Position numbers and translations under genes: made by a program. This document shows positions 51,373-64,000 of a stretch of 64,000 nt of DNA, one piece after another; positions within the stretch are counted from its first letter, which is position 1, and the number at the start of each line of letters is the position of its first letter. The notes below the pieces were generated by a model. It worked only from the letters and a program-made list of their open reading frames with translations, was not told where the DNA came from and searched no databases. This stretch comes from Octopus bimaculoides (Eukaryota), in NCBI RefSeq assembly GCF_001194135.2, contig NC_068982.1, forward strand, positions 123,118,587 through 123,182,586, given 5' to 3'.

Positions 51373-52238
51373 TTAAATTATTTTTATTCTGATATACAAT
51401 TGATGCTAGGAATGATATTAAAAAAAATGGTTTGGGTTCTTTCAAAAGATCAGAAATCGAAACTGTCTTGATTTTTATTCTACTGCTGTATCTGTAGTCT
51501 AAATGAAAGTGACTTGATGTAGGTTAGGGATTCAGTTAGGGTTAGGCTGCATGCTAAAGTGTAAATTGCCAGGTGGACTGCACACTGAAGTAGTACCAAT
51601 AAAACTTAGGTCAGTTATATATGTGTTGTTCTCATTTTGATTAAGAGCTGACACATTAGTTTTATTAAGTTACAAAAAAACCTCCAAAAAACAAAAACAG
51701 CAAAAGTCAGTTATTGTCTTCCAAAATGGCTGAATTTGCAGAACTATTTCTTACTTCATATATTTGGACTGCACCTGATACCTTACTAAACATATTAAAC
51801 TTTATAGTGTCTTCAGGAGTGATCAGTTATAATTGATATGTCATTGCTTAGAAAACATTTTTCTTTCTTTTTTTAAACCTGGATTTACTTTTGATTAGAA
51901 CATTTTCAATTGGTTGCACCACTGATGCTCTTGTAGGAAGCACAAATGGCACTTCCTATTACCATGGCTCTAAAAAATAACCAAACTGTTATTATGACAT
52001 CCTAACATTTCAGTCCTTTTCCCTCACATACATTTCTATGTTATTTTTTCTCCCTTTATATTTACATAAAATGCCAGACACATATATCAAAACAAATGGT
52101 TTGCAAAATAGATAAGAATAAGCATTTAAAAATTTATGACAGAAATCGAAATTGGTGCTTACAAAGCAGTTGAAGATTGAACATGTTTCTTGAGATAATG
52201 TCAGTGTATAAAATATTGATTTTATTTATACCTTCAGG

Positions 52239-52467
52239 TTAATCCTTTAGCATTTAAAGTGGCCATATGTGGCCCAAATATTTTACCTGTTTTGTGTTAA
52301 AACTGGCCAGATCTGGCTTCTTACAATTACTCTATAATGTCATTCTGATAATAAACAATTGCAACATTGAAATCTCAAAGCTACAAGATAATACATGATG
52401 AATTCAAAACAATGTGAATAAATTAGCATTAATATTTGACAGAGTAATCTGAATGCTAGATGGTTAA
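52239..52467 (+). mobile_element. piggyBac-like MITE with TTAA target sites
   Basis: TTAA|tcctttagcatt ... aatgctagatgg|TTAA imperfect TIRs, with a second copy at 33822-34041. Confidence 0.8.
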
Positions 52468-53807
52468 ACTAGATCAAAACTAATAGATCTCAAAAACTAA
52501 AATCTATTATTGATACATGTGCACATGTAAATAAATGTACACATACATTCTGATCATAACTGAACATGTTAAATACTGACTCAAGTTTTCTTTTGTGGTT
52601 ATTCACAGTAATTAGACAGAAGAATAAAATAGCCAATATGCCTGTTTGCTTATTAAGTGGGTAGGTGTTTAGATTAGTTTTATATTTTTTTTTAGCAGGA
52701 ATGTGTAAATGAATAAACAGATTTTCTAGAGATATTTTGAAAAAATAACTATTGGTTCAGTTTTACACTTGAATATTTGGAACCAAGTCAACAAATAAGA
52801 GAAAATTAAAAATTTAATACTCTTTTGTATAATAAAGGGAGTAACCAAAGGATCTGTCAATAATTTTAGGGGCAGATTTTGTGCATATACTAGATGGTTA
52901 AATTAATATGCAATAGGAAAGTTATAAGTATATAGTAGTTGAATATCAAGAGAAGAAAACCATGTAATTTTAGTTACATGCAGTAATGTATAAGGAGGTG
53001 TAATGTTGATTATAATAGAATGAATATTCACGTTGTGCTAAAAATATATTCTTATTGATTATAAATAAGCAAAAGACACAGGCAAATGATAGCAAATTAG
53101 AGGTGAATGGATGCAAGCTTTTCAATATTGTGTATGTTTGAAAAATGATAGAGAAATAAAAATATAATAGGTAGTAAGCAGCATATATAATTACAGATGT
53201 TCATGATATAGAGATACAAAAGGTAAATTATATTAGTAATTTAATCTATTAATCTGATATCTGGAGGTGTGATGTAAAATTACTGTAAGGTAAGCCTAAG
53301 AGTTGAACTAAAAAAAAATAAAGAAGAAAAAATGTGTGCCTATATTTCTAGTAAATTCTAATAATAGAGATATTATTGATAAGTTGAGAATCAGAAGAAT
53401 AGTAGTATTTGCACAAGAAAGTGATAAAATATAGGTAATTAATTCAAAAGATTTGGCACATAGGATAAAATGGTTAAAATGCTCAAATCTATAGTTATTT
53501 AACAGGTTAGTACAATAGTCAAATGTGTAGAAAATAAAGGCAATTTATATCTGTATAGAAGGAATGTTATGTAAGCTATCAAGTGTATCTGTTCAATTTA
53601 TGGAGTAACAAGGAATGAAATGTTCATAAGAAATAGATGATTAGTAATCACTTGTAAGTGGTACATGTTGAGGTTTTGTATATATTTACCTGTTAGGATC
53701 AAAGTTTTGAAATGTCACTGTTTTTTATGCTCTTTGCAGTAGTAAAGAGTATTTCCAAGTTTTCTGTTGTACATAGCTGCAAGGCCTTTTTTGTAGCTAG
53801 TATAAGA

Positions 53808-54162
53808 TGCAGATGTGGCTGTGGGGTTAAAATGTTAGCTTCCCAACCACATGGTTTTAGGTTCAGCCACATTATGTTGCACTTTGGACAAGTGTATTCT
53901 TCTACAGCTCTGAGTTGAACGAAGCCTTGTGAGCAGATTTGGTTGATGGAAACTGAAAGAAGCCCATTGTGTGTGTGGCTTGACATCACATGAGTATTGT
54001 AAATGAATGCCATTCATTTCCAATGTTCTGTGAAAATATGTTGGCTACAAAAAAATATTATTTTGCTTGGAAACTGGTAAGTATTGGTGACAGGAAGGTC
54101 ATCCAGCTACAGAAAGTCTCAGTAAACTCTGCCTGAAAAAGTAGACATAAAATGACAATGAT
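53808..54162 (+). mobile_element. tRNA-derived SINE, head+core+RTE-like tail
   Basis: gtggctgtggggttaaaatgttagcttcccaaccacatgg...gatggaaactgaaagaagccc...ggaaggtcatccagctacagaaa...aaatgacaatgatg. Confidence 0.75.
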
Positions 54163-54474
54163 GTAAGACTTTACTGAAGAGAAAATCTTCCATTCAAGAT
54201 AGTTTCCTACTTTTGATTCCAGATAAGTTCGAAAATGATGTATTGTTTATTTTCTGATTACAAAAAGTGTAGAAATTCTGGTTATCATATTTTGGAGGGA
54301 TTTGTAGTATAACCTGTGTGTGTTTTAAAAAGTTATCAGTTTCTGCATTAGCTTAGTATACAACATATTGAAGTTTCCACTTATGATCTAATGGGCAATT
54401 ATTTAAATTAATGAAGTTATAACTAATAATGTTGGAACTAGGTTTAGTATTTCACTGACATTTGTTATCATCAT

Positions 54475-54615
54475 CGTTTTTAACATACGACTTCCATGCT
54501 GGCATGGGTTGGACGGTTTGACAGGAGCTAGCCAGACAGGAGACTGCACTGGCCTTCTGTGTCTGTTTTGGCATGGTTTTTACGGTTGGATGCCCTCCCT
54601 AACACCAACCATCCA
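54475..54615 (-). mobile_element. Isolated RTE-like SINE tail (another at 58860-59085, +)
   Basis: catcatcgtttttaacatacgacttccatgctggcatgggttggacgg...ggttggatgccctccctaacaccaacc. Confidence 0.7.
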
Positions 54616-54759
54616 TCAAATAATTTGTCATTGGAATTTGTAATGGAAACCATGATACTGTATACTCAGTTGTTGTAGAAACTAAGCCTTTTTATGTTCT
54701 GCATTGGTGTTGCTATGAACCCCTTCAAATTACAATATTATCATTCCTACACCCTTTGT

Positions 54760-55155
54760 TGTCAACATCGAAGCAACGACATGACCTTTGAGCTTCATCT
54801 GGCATCTAAAATTGAAAAGTATCAACTACAACCTAGGTAGGAGATACTCTTCTAAGTCAAATTTTATACTTGCAACAATACAGCCCATCAAACCCTCTAC
54901 TACAGAATGCTTGGAAATTGTACCTGCTAAAACATCATTTTTTACTACTTCATTCATAGTTTACATTAAGTGTAACATATAGAATTCCTATCTACTTCTT
55001 TTCTGTATATTGAATGTGGGTACATGCTTGTTGGTAATAGATTCTTCTTTCTTGCTAAAATGTTTGTCTTTACCAGATTTACTTTGAGACCTCTTGATTT
55101 TAGGTTTTCTTCTCTAAATCTTTGATAGATTCAGCTATGAGAACTAGGTCATTAT
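54760..55155 (-). mobile_element. RTE LINE RT fragment (decayed)
   Basis: The reverse strand reads NDLVLIAESIKDLEKK...(S)RGLKVNLVKT, matching the YADDLVLIAES...KGLKVN..KTK RTE motif. Confidence 0.65.
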
Positions 55156-55158
55156 TAC

Positions 55159-55202
<44 letters not shown>

Positions 55203-55241
55203 CATACACAATTTTTTTTTATATGTTCACATTTATTTTTA

Positions 55242-55281
<40 letters not shown>
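55146..55281. repeat. (TACA)n/(TA)n and (CA)n microsatellites
   Basis: Directly visible. Confidence 0.9.
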
Positions 55282-55284
<3 letters not shown>

Positions 55285-56301
55285 GTGTATGGTTGCTTGG
55301 TTTTGTTTTAATTGCTCGGGATCAATTATTTATAAGATTTGTTGTTAAAACTAGATATGTTATGTGTGAAAATTCGGAATCACTAATATAGTGAATACAA
55401 TTGGTTGCTGTGTTATTTTTACTTTTATAAATGATGTATTATATTGTAACCAGCTGTCTGGTAAAATATTATCATCTGTAGTCAGCTAATGAAATAACGA
55501 TATAGCTTACTGGGAGAATTTTTACCATTGTTGCCTAATGGAATTAATCATAACTTTTTATTATACTTACAAACGTCATGTCTTTGGGTTGGTGGCATTA
55601 AAGTCATGCATGCATGCATAAATATATAAAAACACATATAAACATATATGCACATGCATGAATAAAGAAGTGCATTTTTAAATGCCTAGGTAGACATCAC
55701 ATTGCAAAGTTGTCAGAGAAATATGCTGTGTGAGACTTATTTTCCTGTCTATTCATTTTGTAGTACAGATATTTAACAATCTGTGTTAGATTATCCCACC
55801 TGTTGACTAGTCTGGATAAAAGGAAGAATGTTTTCAACTCGGTTCCTTGTTATGTTTATAGTGGCAGAAGTATTTTGACATAAATGGTTGTCTATCAGCA
55901 ATTAAATTCTGGAGCGGGAATTCAATCCGCTAGAAATAGCATCATATTTTACTGTTTTCAAAAGGAACAACACATACAAAGCAGTCCCAGATGTGCAAGG
56001 TAGGGAAAAGTAATCCTAGATACACAGAGTAGAGACAAAGTAATCCTAGATATACAAGTCTGTACAATATGAGCTGCTGTGGTTCTAAGCAGTTGTGATA
56101 TATTTTATTCTCACACTAATGTTAGAAATCAACCATTCCTCAAATCTGAGTCACTTTATTGTTACAGAAAGACGTCACAAAAGAAAATAAAGCTCTGCTT
56201 TTCTATAAACAGTATTTTCAGTTAATGCTAAGTGCAGATTATTCCCTATTATTAAAGAGTTTATGGCAGGCTTAATCTGTTGCCTGGTTTAATACTACTA
56301 C

Positions 56302-56430
56302 CTGGCATCTTGTGTACCTTTTAAGTGGTGTCTACTCTGTTGCAAGCATTCAAGCCAGGTTTCTGGTTTGAAGCTGTCATTGTTTCTACTTCCTGCCAGT
56401 CTTGGACGCCCAGTAATTTTTTCCTCATGA
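56302..56430 (-). CDS. Candidate coding exon, phase 2-2: HEEKITGRPRLAGSRNNDSFKPETWLECLQQSRHHLKGTQDA
   Basis: Acceptor gtatgtatatcttgtag|T and donor CAG|gtagta enclose 129 nt that are open and GC-elevated relative to the flanks. Confidence 0.35.
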
Positions 56431-59400
56431 CTACAAGATATACATACACTTATAGACAGTTGGTGGTGATGTGTGGTGTAACCATCTAATAATGACTGCT
56501 CCGTTCAGAAGGCTGAAATAATGCACATGATGTGTCAGTAAGGGAAGAGAGAAGAGACATAACCGAATAGAAGGTTTAAGAGAGAAAGATTTGTTGATAT
56601 GTTGTGTGTCTGTGTGCATCATGTATACAGAATAGACAGGCCGTCGTGAGAACAAAGTGTGTGTATATGAATGTATGTATGATTGTGCTACATATAAGAA
56701 CAATAATGAGGAAGAAGGTGAAAGAGTCTATAATGAGAAGTTAGACGAATGTTCATAGACACAAGAATGAGAAATACCAGTTTGTAGTCAGTTGTACACA
56801 GTGATAGAAATACTGTATCAAGAAGTTGTGGCGATGATGCAGTGAGAATGAGTGCTTAACACTGCATTAGTGGATAAATATTCTTTATTTGTGGGTTAAC
56901 GAGGCTACCCCTAAAAACTTAATACTTTAAGAAAGATTAGCCATGACATTTTTGAATAGATATGGTAAAACAAAGCTGCTGGACAAGAAATGGCAACATT
57001 TTCAATTAAGAAATATTTATGAAAGGCTTGAACCATATTAATTTCCATATCCCTTTGCTATTACCACATGGTTTCTATTGAGAATGGATACTCTCTGCCA
57101 ATGTCAACAGTGCCCATCTTGCAAAAATTTTATTTCCAGGATGTTAGATATTGCTTCAATTTTGGCTTCATAGTATTGAATAGAAAAAAAAACAACAAAA
57201 TAATTGTAAATTTCACAAGTCACTTCAATGAGTTAACATGTAAGCAAATGTATTTCTTTTTATAACTATGTTTGTTATATTCTTCAAATATATAAATTTA
57301 TTTCTGAAATTTTCTGGTGAGAAATTTCAATGAATAAATTGAATGTTGAAACTACAATATTAAATGAATCTCTGATTTCAACTCCTTAGTATCAAAATAG
57401 ACTATATTCTTAGTGGTTTTTTTTTTTTTTATATAATAGTTCTAATTTGAGTTACTTTTAAATAAGCTACTTATAGAATAGGAGAATTTATTTCAAACAT
57501 AGATTCCATGTGATATTTTTTATTGCTCATTATACCTGAATTTCTTAGCAGCAGCTGGTCATTAATAAGGAAATGCGTATAAAAATTTCATTTTCCTCTT
57601 TTATCTTCTTCATACTTTGATATGTTATTTCTCAGCAGTGATAGCATTAGTAAAATCAATGGTAAACATAAGATTTTCCCCTTTAAATCATGAACTATCA
57701 AAACCTAGTTTCCTACCAATATATCAATATAAAGATTTGGTATTATGAAGAGACCTACAGTATTGATGATAAATAAAATATATGAAATATAAATTAAAAT
57801 GCTTCAATAAAAGATTTTATTGCTTGGCTAGAACTTTGATAATTGCCTATCTTTCTCAGACACCAAGGTTCATAAACTTTCTATAGTCTCTCTTTTCTTC
57901 TCTCATTTCTATATAAAGAAAAATGAAAGATTGTAGGTTTGTGTGTGTATGCACATGCATGTGTATGTATGCATTCTTGTTTGCATGTATGTGTGTATAA
58001 CTTCTAACAAGAAGTTCAGAATCTGCAAATGAGAATCTTTTCAATTATTCCAGTATTATTATTTGGAAGAAAACGTTTCTGCTTTATGTCTGTATCATTA
58101 GAGATAACTTTTACTTGATTTTTTTGTTTTCTCCCCAATATCACCATGTTTATTTCATCAAAAAATATCACTCCTGTGGTATTTGTAAATATTCAGGCTA
58201 GTCAGTAACAATGTATTACTAAGAATATTGTTTGACTACTTCAATAGTTTACAAACTCTGATTGTGAGTGGACTCTAACTCTAGTTAAATCCAACAGCAT
58301 TAAACAAAGCCTCTATGTGGTTGCTCAAGTTACTAGAAAGTAGCAGCCATATCTTTCTCAGATTACATCCTACCACCTTGATAAACCAGAATGACACATT
58401 GGATAATGTAACTTCAAGATGCACTATACCTAAGAGAAAGAAGGTTGGTCACAACTGCAATGCCTTTTATGATATTTCCGCTAGATTAATGCCGACAATT
58501 TAAACAACAAAGACCAAAACATAAACATTATTCATAGTTTAGAAGTAGAATGGCAACACCACATTTTAGTGTGTAATGTCATCACAACAAATGCCATAAC
58601 TCAAACATGCAAGATCTGATTAATTAGAGTGATTTCACTTGGGAAGTTCACATTATAACTATAGGTTTCCTTTCCAAAACCAAACCTTGCTCTGTCTTTG
58701 AGTCATTTTGTTTTACAAAGCTTAGGATGGTACAACCATGGAATACTCATCTTACTGTTAGAATGACACACACTCTTTAATCATCAAAATATTAGACTAA
58801 TACATTAGCCTCTCATTACTTGGCCCAAAGCCACTTTCAATACTACGCCTCTACTCAGTTGAGGGGTTCTTGTCTTTCAAATTGCTTAGTGACCTCACTT
58901 GTACCAATTCCACAAAAACAGTACCTTGTATACTTTATAAAGTGGTTGACATTAAGAAGGGCATCCAACCGTAGGAACCATGTCAAAGCAGATGTTGGAG
59001 CTTAACACAGTCATCTGGCTAACCATATCCTGTTGATCCATCCAACCCATACCAGCATGGAAGACCATTAAATGATGACGATGATATCTTAGGAAGAACA
59101 GTTTGATTGAAAAAGATTCTTCAAAACTTCTCAACTTTTTTTACCAACTCTGTACATTGTCAGGTTGTCATTTTGCTGATTTTTATGTTACCACAATAGT
59201 TGCTGATCCGTTGAACTTAGGCATTATATCTTTTTCCAACTTAAAAAGATCTGTGTTCTGTTCTGTCTCACTTCTTAGAACCCTTGTAAAATACCTTATC
59301 TAATCCATTGGACTGTTGAGCTGTTATTTTTCTAGTTGTGGTGATGGGGTATCTATTTCCTTCCTTTTGTCATTACACAAAATAATATACTAAACTCTCT

Positions 59401-61030
59401 AAATTATTTCTAGAGTTATCTTAAATATCACAGGCCATGTTTGTCTTTGTGTTCACAAATATTAAAAAATCTTTCAACCATGTTACTGCTTTAGTCCAGG
59501 ATGATCTTAAATATTATAGATAGTGTTTTTTTTCTATGCTTATAATTATGTTCACTTGTTAAAACATCTTAAACATTCAAATGGTTACACTTGATAGCTT
59601 TAGTTTGCATTTTTTATAAACTGATTATCTGCAAACTATTTAAGTTGAATAAGTAATTCTTTCTAGTAAATATTTTAAAGTTGCTATATAATTTCTGAAA
59701 ATTCACATTAGATGTAACTGTATTACCTTTATTACATACATTCATCCCTACTGTATGATAATTTGAAAAGGCTATGTTACACTGGCCTTCTTTTGCAAAC
59801 TAATGAAATATCATTGAATATTTTGTGAGAAAACAACTAGCTCCTTTCAAAGCAGTTTTATTGTTGTTAGAGAAGATTTATTTCTGCTCAAGAACAGTAA
59901 GCTTATAACTCATGCTTAATTGATTTAACACAGGGCAGTGATGTGGATATGAAATTGAAATTTACTCTTGCCTTAGCTGTCAAAAGGAAAAAGAAAATGC
60001 TTTATAGCAATTGATATACATGGCTCTATCAAGCTCTCATGTATTTTAAATAATTTTTTCTCTATGCAAGAATAGTTATCATACCTTGTTCACCTTTTCC
60101 TTGATCTACTTTACTTTCACCCCAATTAAATACTGTTTTTCCATCCCATTCTCTTTATCAATTTTTGATAAAAATGTCTTCTCTCATTAAAAATACTTTT
60201 CTCTGATAGTATGGGTTGTTTGAATTTACAAATTTAAATATTTGTTTGAATTATTTTAGCAGTTTACTGTTGGGTGTTCTATTTATTTGGCCATAATGTT
60301 TTGAATTTTTAATACAGCTGAATTGCTAAGTATGATAATGAAACTTACCACTTCATTTTTTATAGACATTATTTTAATTCTAATAATAGATCTTTTTTAG
60401 CTATAGATCATACACCTGATAGATTTTATATATTGTTAAGCTTATACTCCATATTTACTGTCATCAAATTGGTAGTTTTAGTTAAACTGCCTTTTCTTTG
60501 CACAATAGAAGAGTTTTAATGATGTTTTCATAATTTTATTTAACGATGTTTTCAACAATGATTTTTTTTTTATATATAAACTACTTTATTTTTTATAATA
60601 TTTTAATCTCATCATCTAAATGTTATTTTCATACCAGTAATGAAATTGTCCAATATATTCTTTGTTTAAAAAAAGCAGTGTGATCTGAGGGAAACTTGAC
60701 TGCTACTTCCAGCAAATCAAATGGCCATGTAGAAGCTCCTTTACTGAATACCAAGATCATCTAGTATACATTAATGTCACCTTACATAAAGGAAAATAAT
60801 GGAGAAAATATTTCCCCCCTATGTAAGGCAATAATATAGCAGGTAGAAAACTGCTCCCTCTTACAAATGTTTCATTCTGTTAGAGAAGTTGTTTGTCTAA
60901 AGGATGGCATGTAAGGTATGAGGTACTTAAAGAGTATGTAATAGGTGGTGAGAGGAAGGAGTGGTAATGTCTTGCTTTATATATCACATACAAATGTATA
61001 CATGTCTGCGTACATATGAACATACATGCA

Positions 61031-61032
<2 letters not shown>

Positions 61033-61070
<38 letters not shown>

Positions 61071-61276
61071 NNNNNNNNNNNNNNNNNNNNNNNNNNNNNN
61101 NNNNNNNNNNNNNNNNNNNNNNNNNNNNNNNNNNNNNNNNNNNNNNNNNNNNNNNNNNNNNNNNNNNNNNNNNNNNNNNNNNNNNNNNNNNNNNNNNNNN
61201 NNNNNNNNNNNNNNNNNNNNNNNNNNNNNNNNNNNNNNNNNNNNNNNNNNNNNNNNNNNNNNNNNNNNNNNNNNNN

Positions 61277-61312
<36 letters not shown>
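61033..61312. repeat. (TA)n / assembly gap / (CA)n compound microsatellite adjoining a SINE head (61330-61470, -)
   Basis: Directly visible. The SINE core reverse complement gtttccatctaccaaattc...agtagaagaaacttgcc follows. Confidence 0.9.
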
Positions 61313-61315
<3 letters not shown>

Positions 61316-61800
61316 ACTACCTATCTTCTCAGTTAGTTTCCATCTACCAAATTCAGTCACATGGCGTTAGTCAGCCCGATGCTCTAGTAGAAGAAACTTG
61401 CCTAAGATGCTATGCAGTAAGATCAAATCTGATACCACATGGTTGTAAAGTGACCTTCTTAACCATAAAAAACTTAAGTGTGTGTATGTGTACATGCTTG
61501 TACACTCATTCACACACACACACACCCTTAACCTCTACAATAGGAATTTATTCTGAATTATAATACAAATGAACTATGTTCAATGTTACTAAAGTTTGTA
61601 GTGAAAACATGATCCAATTTTTTCTTTATTTTTGTTTACAGTACATGAAATCACCACAGGCAAAGTCTGTAGGTCAATTTTCGGTAACAGGTTAGGAAAA
61701 ATGGGGAAATTGAGAAAAACTGAATTGAAATACTGGATAGAATCCTGAAACTGATTCATTGTGAGACCAAGAAAGTTCAACTGATATTGCTGTTGAACTT

Positions 61801-62190
61801 TCATGGCTGTCAGACAATTTCTGCGACCGCATCACCCCTAACATCTGGTCACCTAACTCCCCAGACTGTAACCCCTCTTAATTATTATATGTGGGGCACA
61901 GTTTAGTAAGAGACCAACAAGACTCCTTGTAACACCAAAGATGAACTGAAGGCAAGGATTATGGTAGCATTCACCAACTTAAACAAGGAGACCATCCAGA
62001 AGAGTTGCAAGAGATTCTGAAGTCGTCTGGAAGCCATGGTTGAAGCCAACGGCGATTTCATTGAATAAATTTATTCTTTAGTATTTCAAGATATTTTTAT
62101 GTAATTTTGGTAAATATATGTTAAAATGAGATGTTAGTGTTATTTTCATCTTTGCATAATTTAGACGACAGTTTATTCTCCACACCTTGT
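61801..62190 (+). mobile_element. Tc1/mariner (maT/DD37D-like) 3' fragment with transposase C-terminus and right TIR
   Basis: SWLSDNFCDRITPNIWSPNSPDCNP/..YYMWGTV..ETNKTPCNTKDELKARIMVAFTNLNKETIQKSCKRF*SRLEAMVEANGDFIE*, ending gtttattctccacaccttgt. The middle catalytic D is absent, so the subfamily spacing cannot be counted. Confidence 0.8.
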
Positions 62191-63327
62191 GTGTGTGTGT
62201 ATGTACACACACACACACACGCACACGCACACACATGCACACTCACATGTATTCAGATAGATAGATAGATATAGATAGATAAGTACAAAACAAAGTATTG
62301 AGATAAATATCATTGGCTAAAACTATAACCATGCTGCTGGACAAAACACTCCAACATGTCCGCAGTCCAACGACTGAAACCAGTTAAAAATATAAATAGC
62401 AAATAAGAAATAACTTTTAGATATGTCCTAAAAAAAAAACAAGAGTTACTCTATATAACTTTGTACAAAAGATACATTGAGGCACTTCAAAACATTTTTT
62501 CCACTCAATAAAGTTTACAAAAACTGTATTTTTCTTGTTTTCATAATGTTTAATACATATAACTATTCATTCCAAATGCTTAAATATTTAGCAACACATC
62601 TAGTCCTAAAAATAACACCTGCTGTTTGTGTGTTTTCTGCACATTTGCTCTTACAAAAGGAATATTCTTAAGATGATGTTTGTGACACCTACTGCATCAC
62701 TAGTGGGAATACTGTGTTGAAGAAAAAACAATAATAATAATCACTTAACTGGAACCATTCAGTGTTGTCTGAGTAGTTTCCTGGAATGTGTTTTAGATTC
62801 TCATTAAAAGTTTCGCTTCTTCTGGGTTTATTAATTACAAGAAATAAGAAATATCAGTTGAGGAAAAATGATTAATTTTTTTATCTGTTTTAGTCTGCTG
62901 AAAATGCATCCATATCATTATGGAATAATTTCCTCTTAGTCAAAATTTACCTTTTATCTGTTATTTCAAATGTTTCTAAAGAAAATTAATGACTGTCTGT
63001 TTTATGATTGTCTTCCTAGTTGAATGACATATTTCTACTTCACCATAACAGTTTCGATTAACTTGTTACAAGTTGTCTAGTTTTCTTGTTGTTTTCTGAG
63101 TTTCTTTATCTTTCTAAATGAATTTCCCATTACAGAGAAAAAGCAATGACCATGGCTCATGTGTTTTATGCTTCATTTACTTTTAATCAACCACATGAAC
63201 CATAATGTTTTTGGTTTCAATTTTTCTTAGAGTTTTTAGAATAATGAATGATTAAATTCAGGTCAAAATATTTTTCTCTTGGGCATTTACAGTTAGTGCT
63301 GCTAAGATTTTCTGCCCTTTATCTTTT

Positions 63328-63710
63328 TCTTTTACTTGTTTCAGTCATAAGACTGTGGCCATGCTGGGGCACCACCTTGAAGTGTTTTAGTCAAATAAAT
63401 TGACTCCAGTACATGTTTATTTTTTAAGCCTGGCAGTTATTCTGTTGCTTTCTTTTTGCTTAACCACTAAGTTATGGGGATGTAAACAGAACAACACCAG
63501 TTGTCAAGTGATGGTGGGTGACATACATAAAGACACATACAGAAACACACACATATCACAGGCTTCTTTCAATTGCTACTAAATCCATGGATAAAAGGCT
63601 TTGGTCTGCCCTGGGCTATAGAAGACACTTGCCCAAAGTGCCATGCAGTGGGTCTGAACCCAGAACCATATGGCTGGGAAGCTAACTTCTTATCGTACAC
63701 CTATGCCTGC
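63328..63710 (-). mobile_element. Octopus-type tRNA-derived SINE (same type as 50950-51372); partial tail copy at 62280-62390 (+)
   Basis: tttcttttacttgtttcagtcataagactgtggccatgctggggcacc...ggcttctttc...ggctatagaagacacttgcccaaagtgccatgcagtggg...ccatatggctggg. Confidence 0.85.
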
Positions 63711-63944
63711 ATTTTTGCTAAATTTTTTAAAACAAACTTTGGCCTAACCCAGCTGCCAACTAAATAATTTGACAGGCAAACTACAATAATTTACTTTGTT
63801 TTATAATTTAGGAGTTAAGTTTTATAGTACAGACTTATTTTCAGAAACTGAAGTTTAGCCCTTTTGATACTTACCTGGCTGAAACTACCTCTGGCTCTGT
63901 AATTAAGGAAGATGCACGCACGCACGCACACTCACACACACTTT

Positions 63945-63977
<33 letters not shown>

Positions 63978-64000
63978 ATTTATATATATATATATTTATA

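Noticed and set aside
51520-51546. Interstitial telomeric repeat
   Set aside because: Only about three interrupted TTAGG(G) units, too few to support a call.
52700-53620. Penelope-like RT remnant (also 44760-45050 and the purine-rich blocks at 4780-5130 and 24660-25100)
   Set aside because: These are probably ancient retroelement debris, but the motifs are too degraded for me to assign a family.

Overview
This is eukaryotic, AT-rich (roughly one-third GC by eye), intron-like DNA packed with decayed transposons, microsatellites and four assembly gaps (3455-3609, 7559-7762, 34997-35049, 61071-61276). The dominant tRNA-derived SINE (head ...gtggctgtgtggtaag...; core ...ggaaactgaaagaagccc...) looks like the octopus OK/OR-type SINEs, so the source is probably an Octopus genome; this is recognition from memory, not a database result. 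There are no prokaryotic features, CRISPR arrays, rRNA or true tRNA genes. Well-supported elements: a 5'-truncated RTE LINE (19093-21090, +) abutting a rosa/DD41D mariner (18050-19092, -), two more Tc1/mariner fragments, an internally deleted hAT, pogo-like and piggyBac-like MITEs, CR1/L2-type LINE 3' fragments, about 20 SINE copies, and a 26/29-bp minisatellite. Between the repeats are several minus-strand segments with good splice signals and, usually, a single open phase. They suggest a long multi-exon gene that I cannot assign to a family; the exon calls are tentative without RNA data. The best leads are a phase-consistent exon chain broken by one in-frame TGA, an inverted SINE pair around a small exon, a candidate poison exon, an RFX/NRF1/CCAAT motif cluster inside a fold-back element, and fold-back palindromes at truncated mariner ends. 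I did not find convincing evidence of a wholly new biological system.
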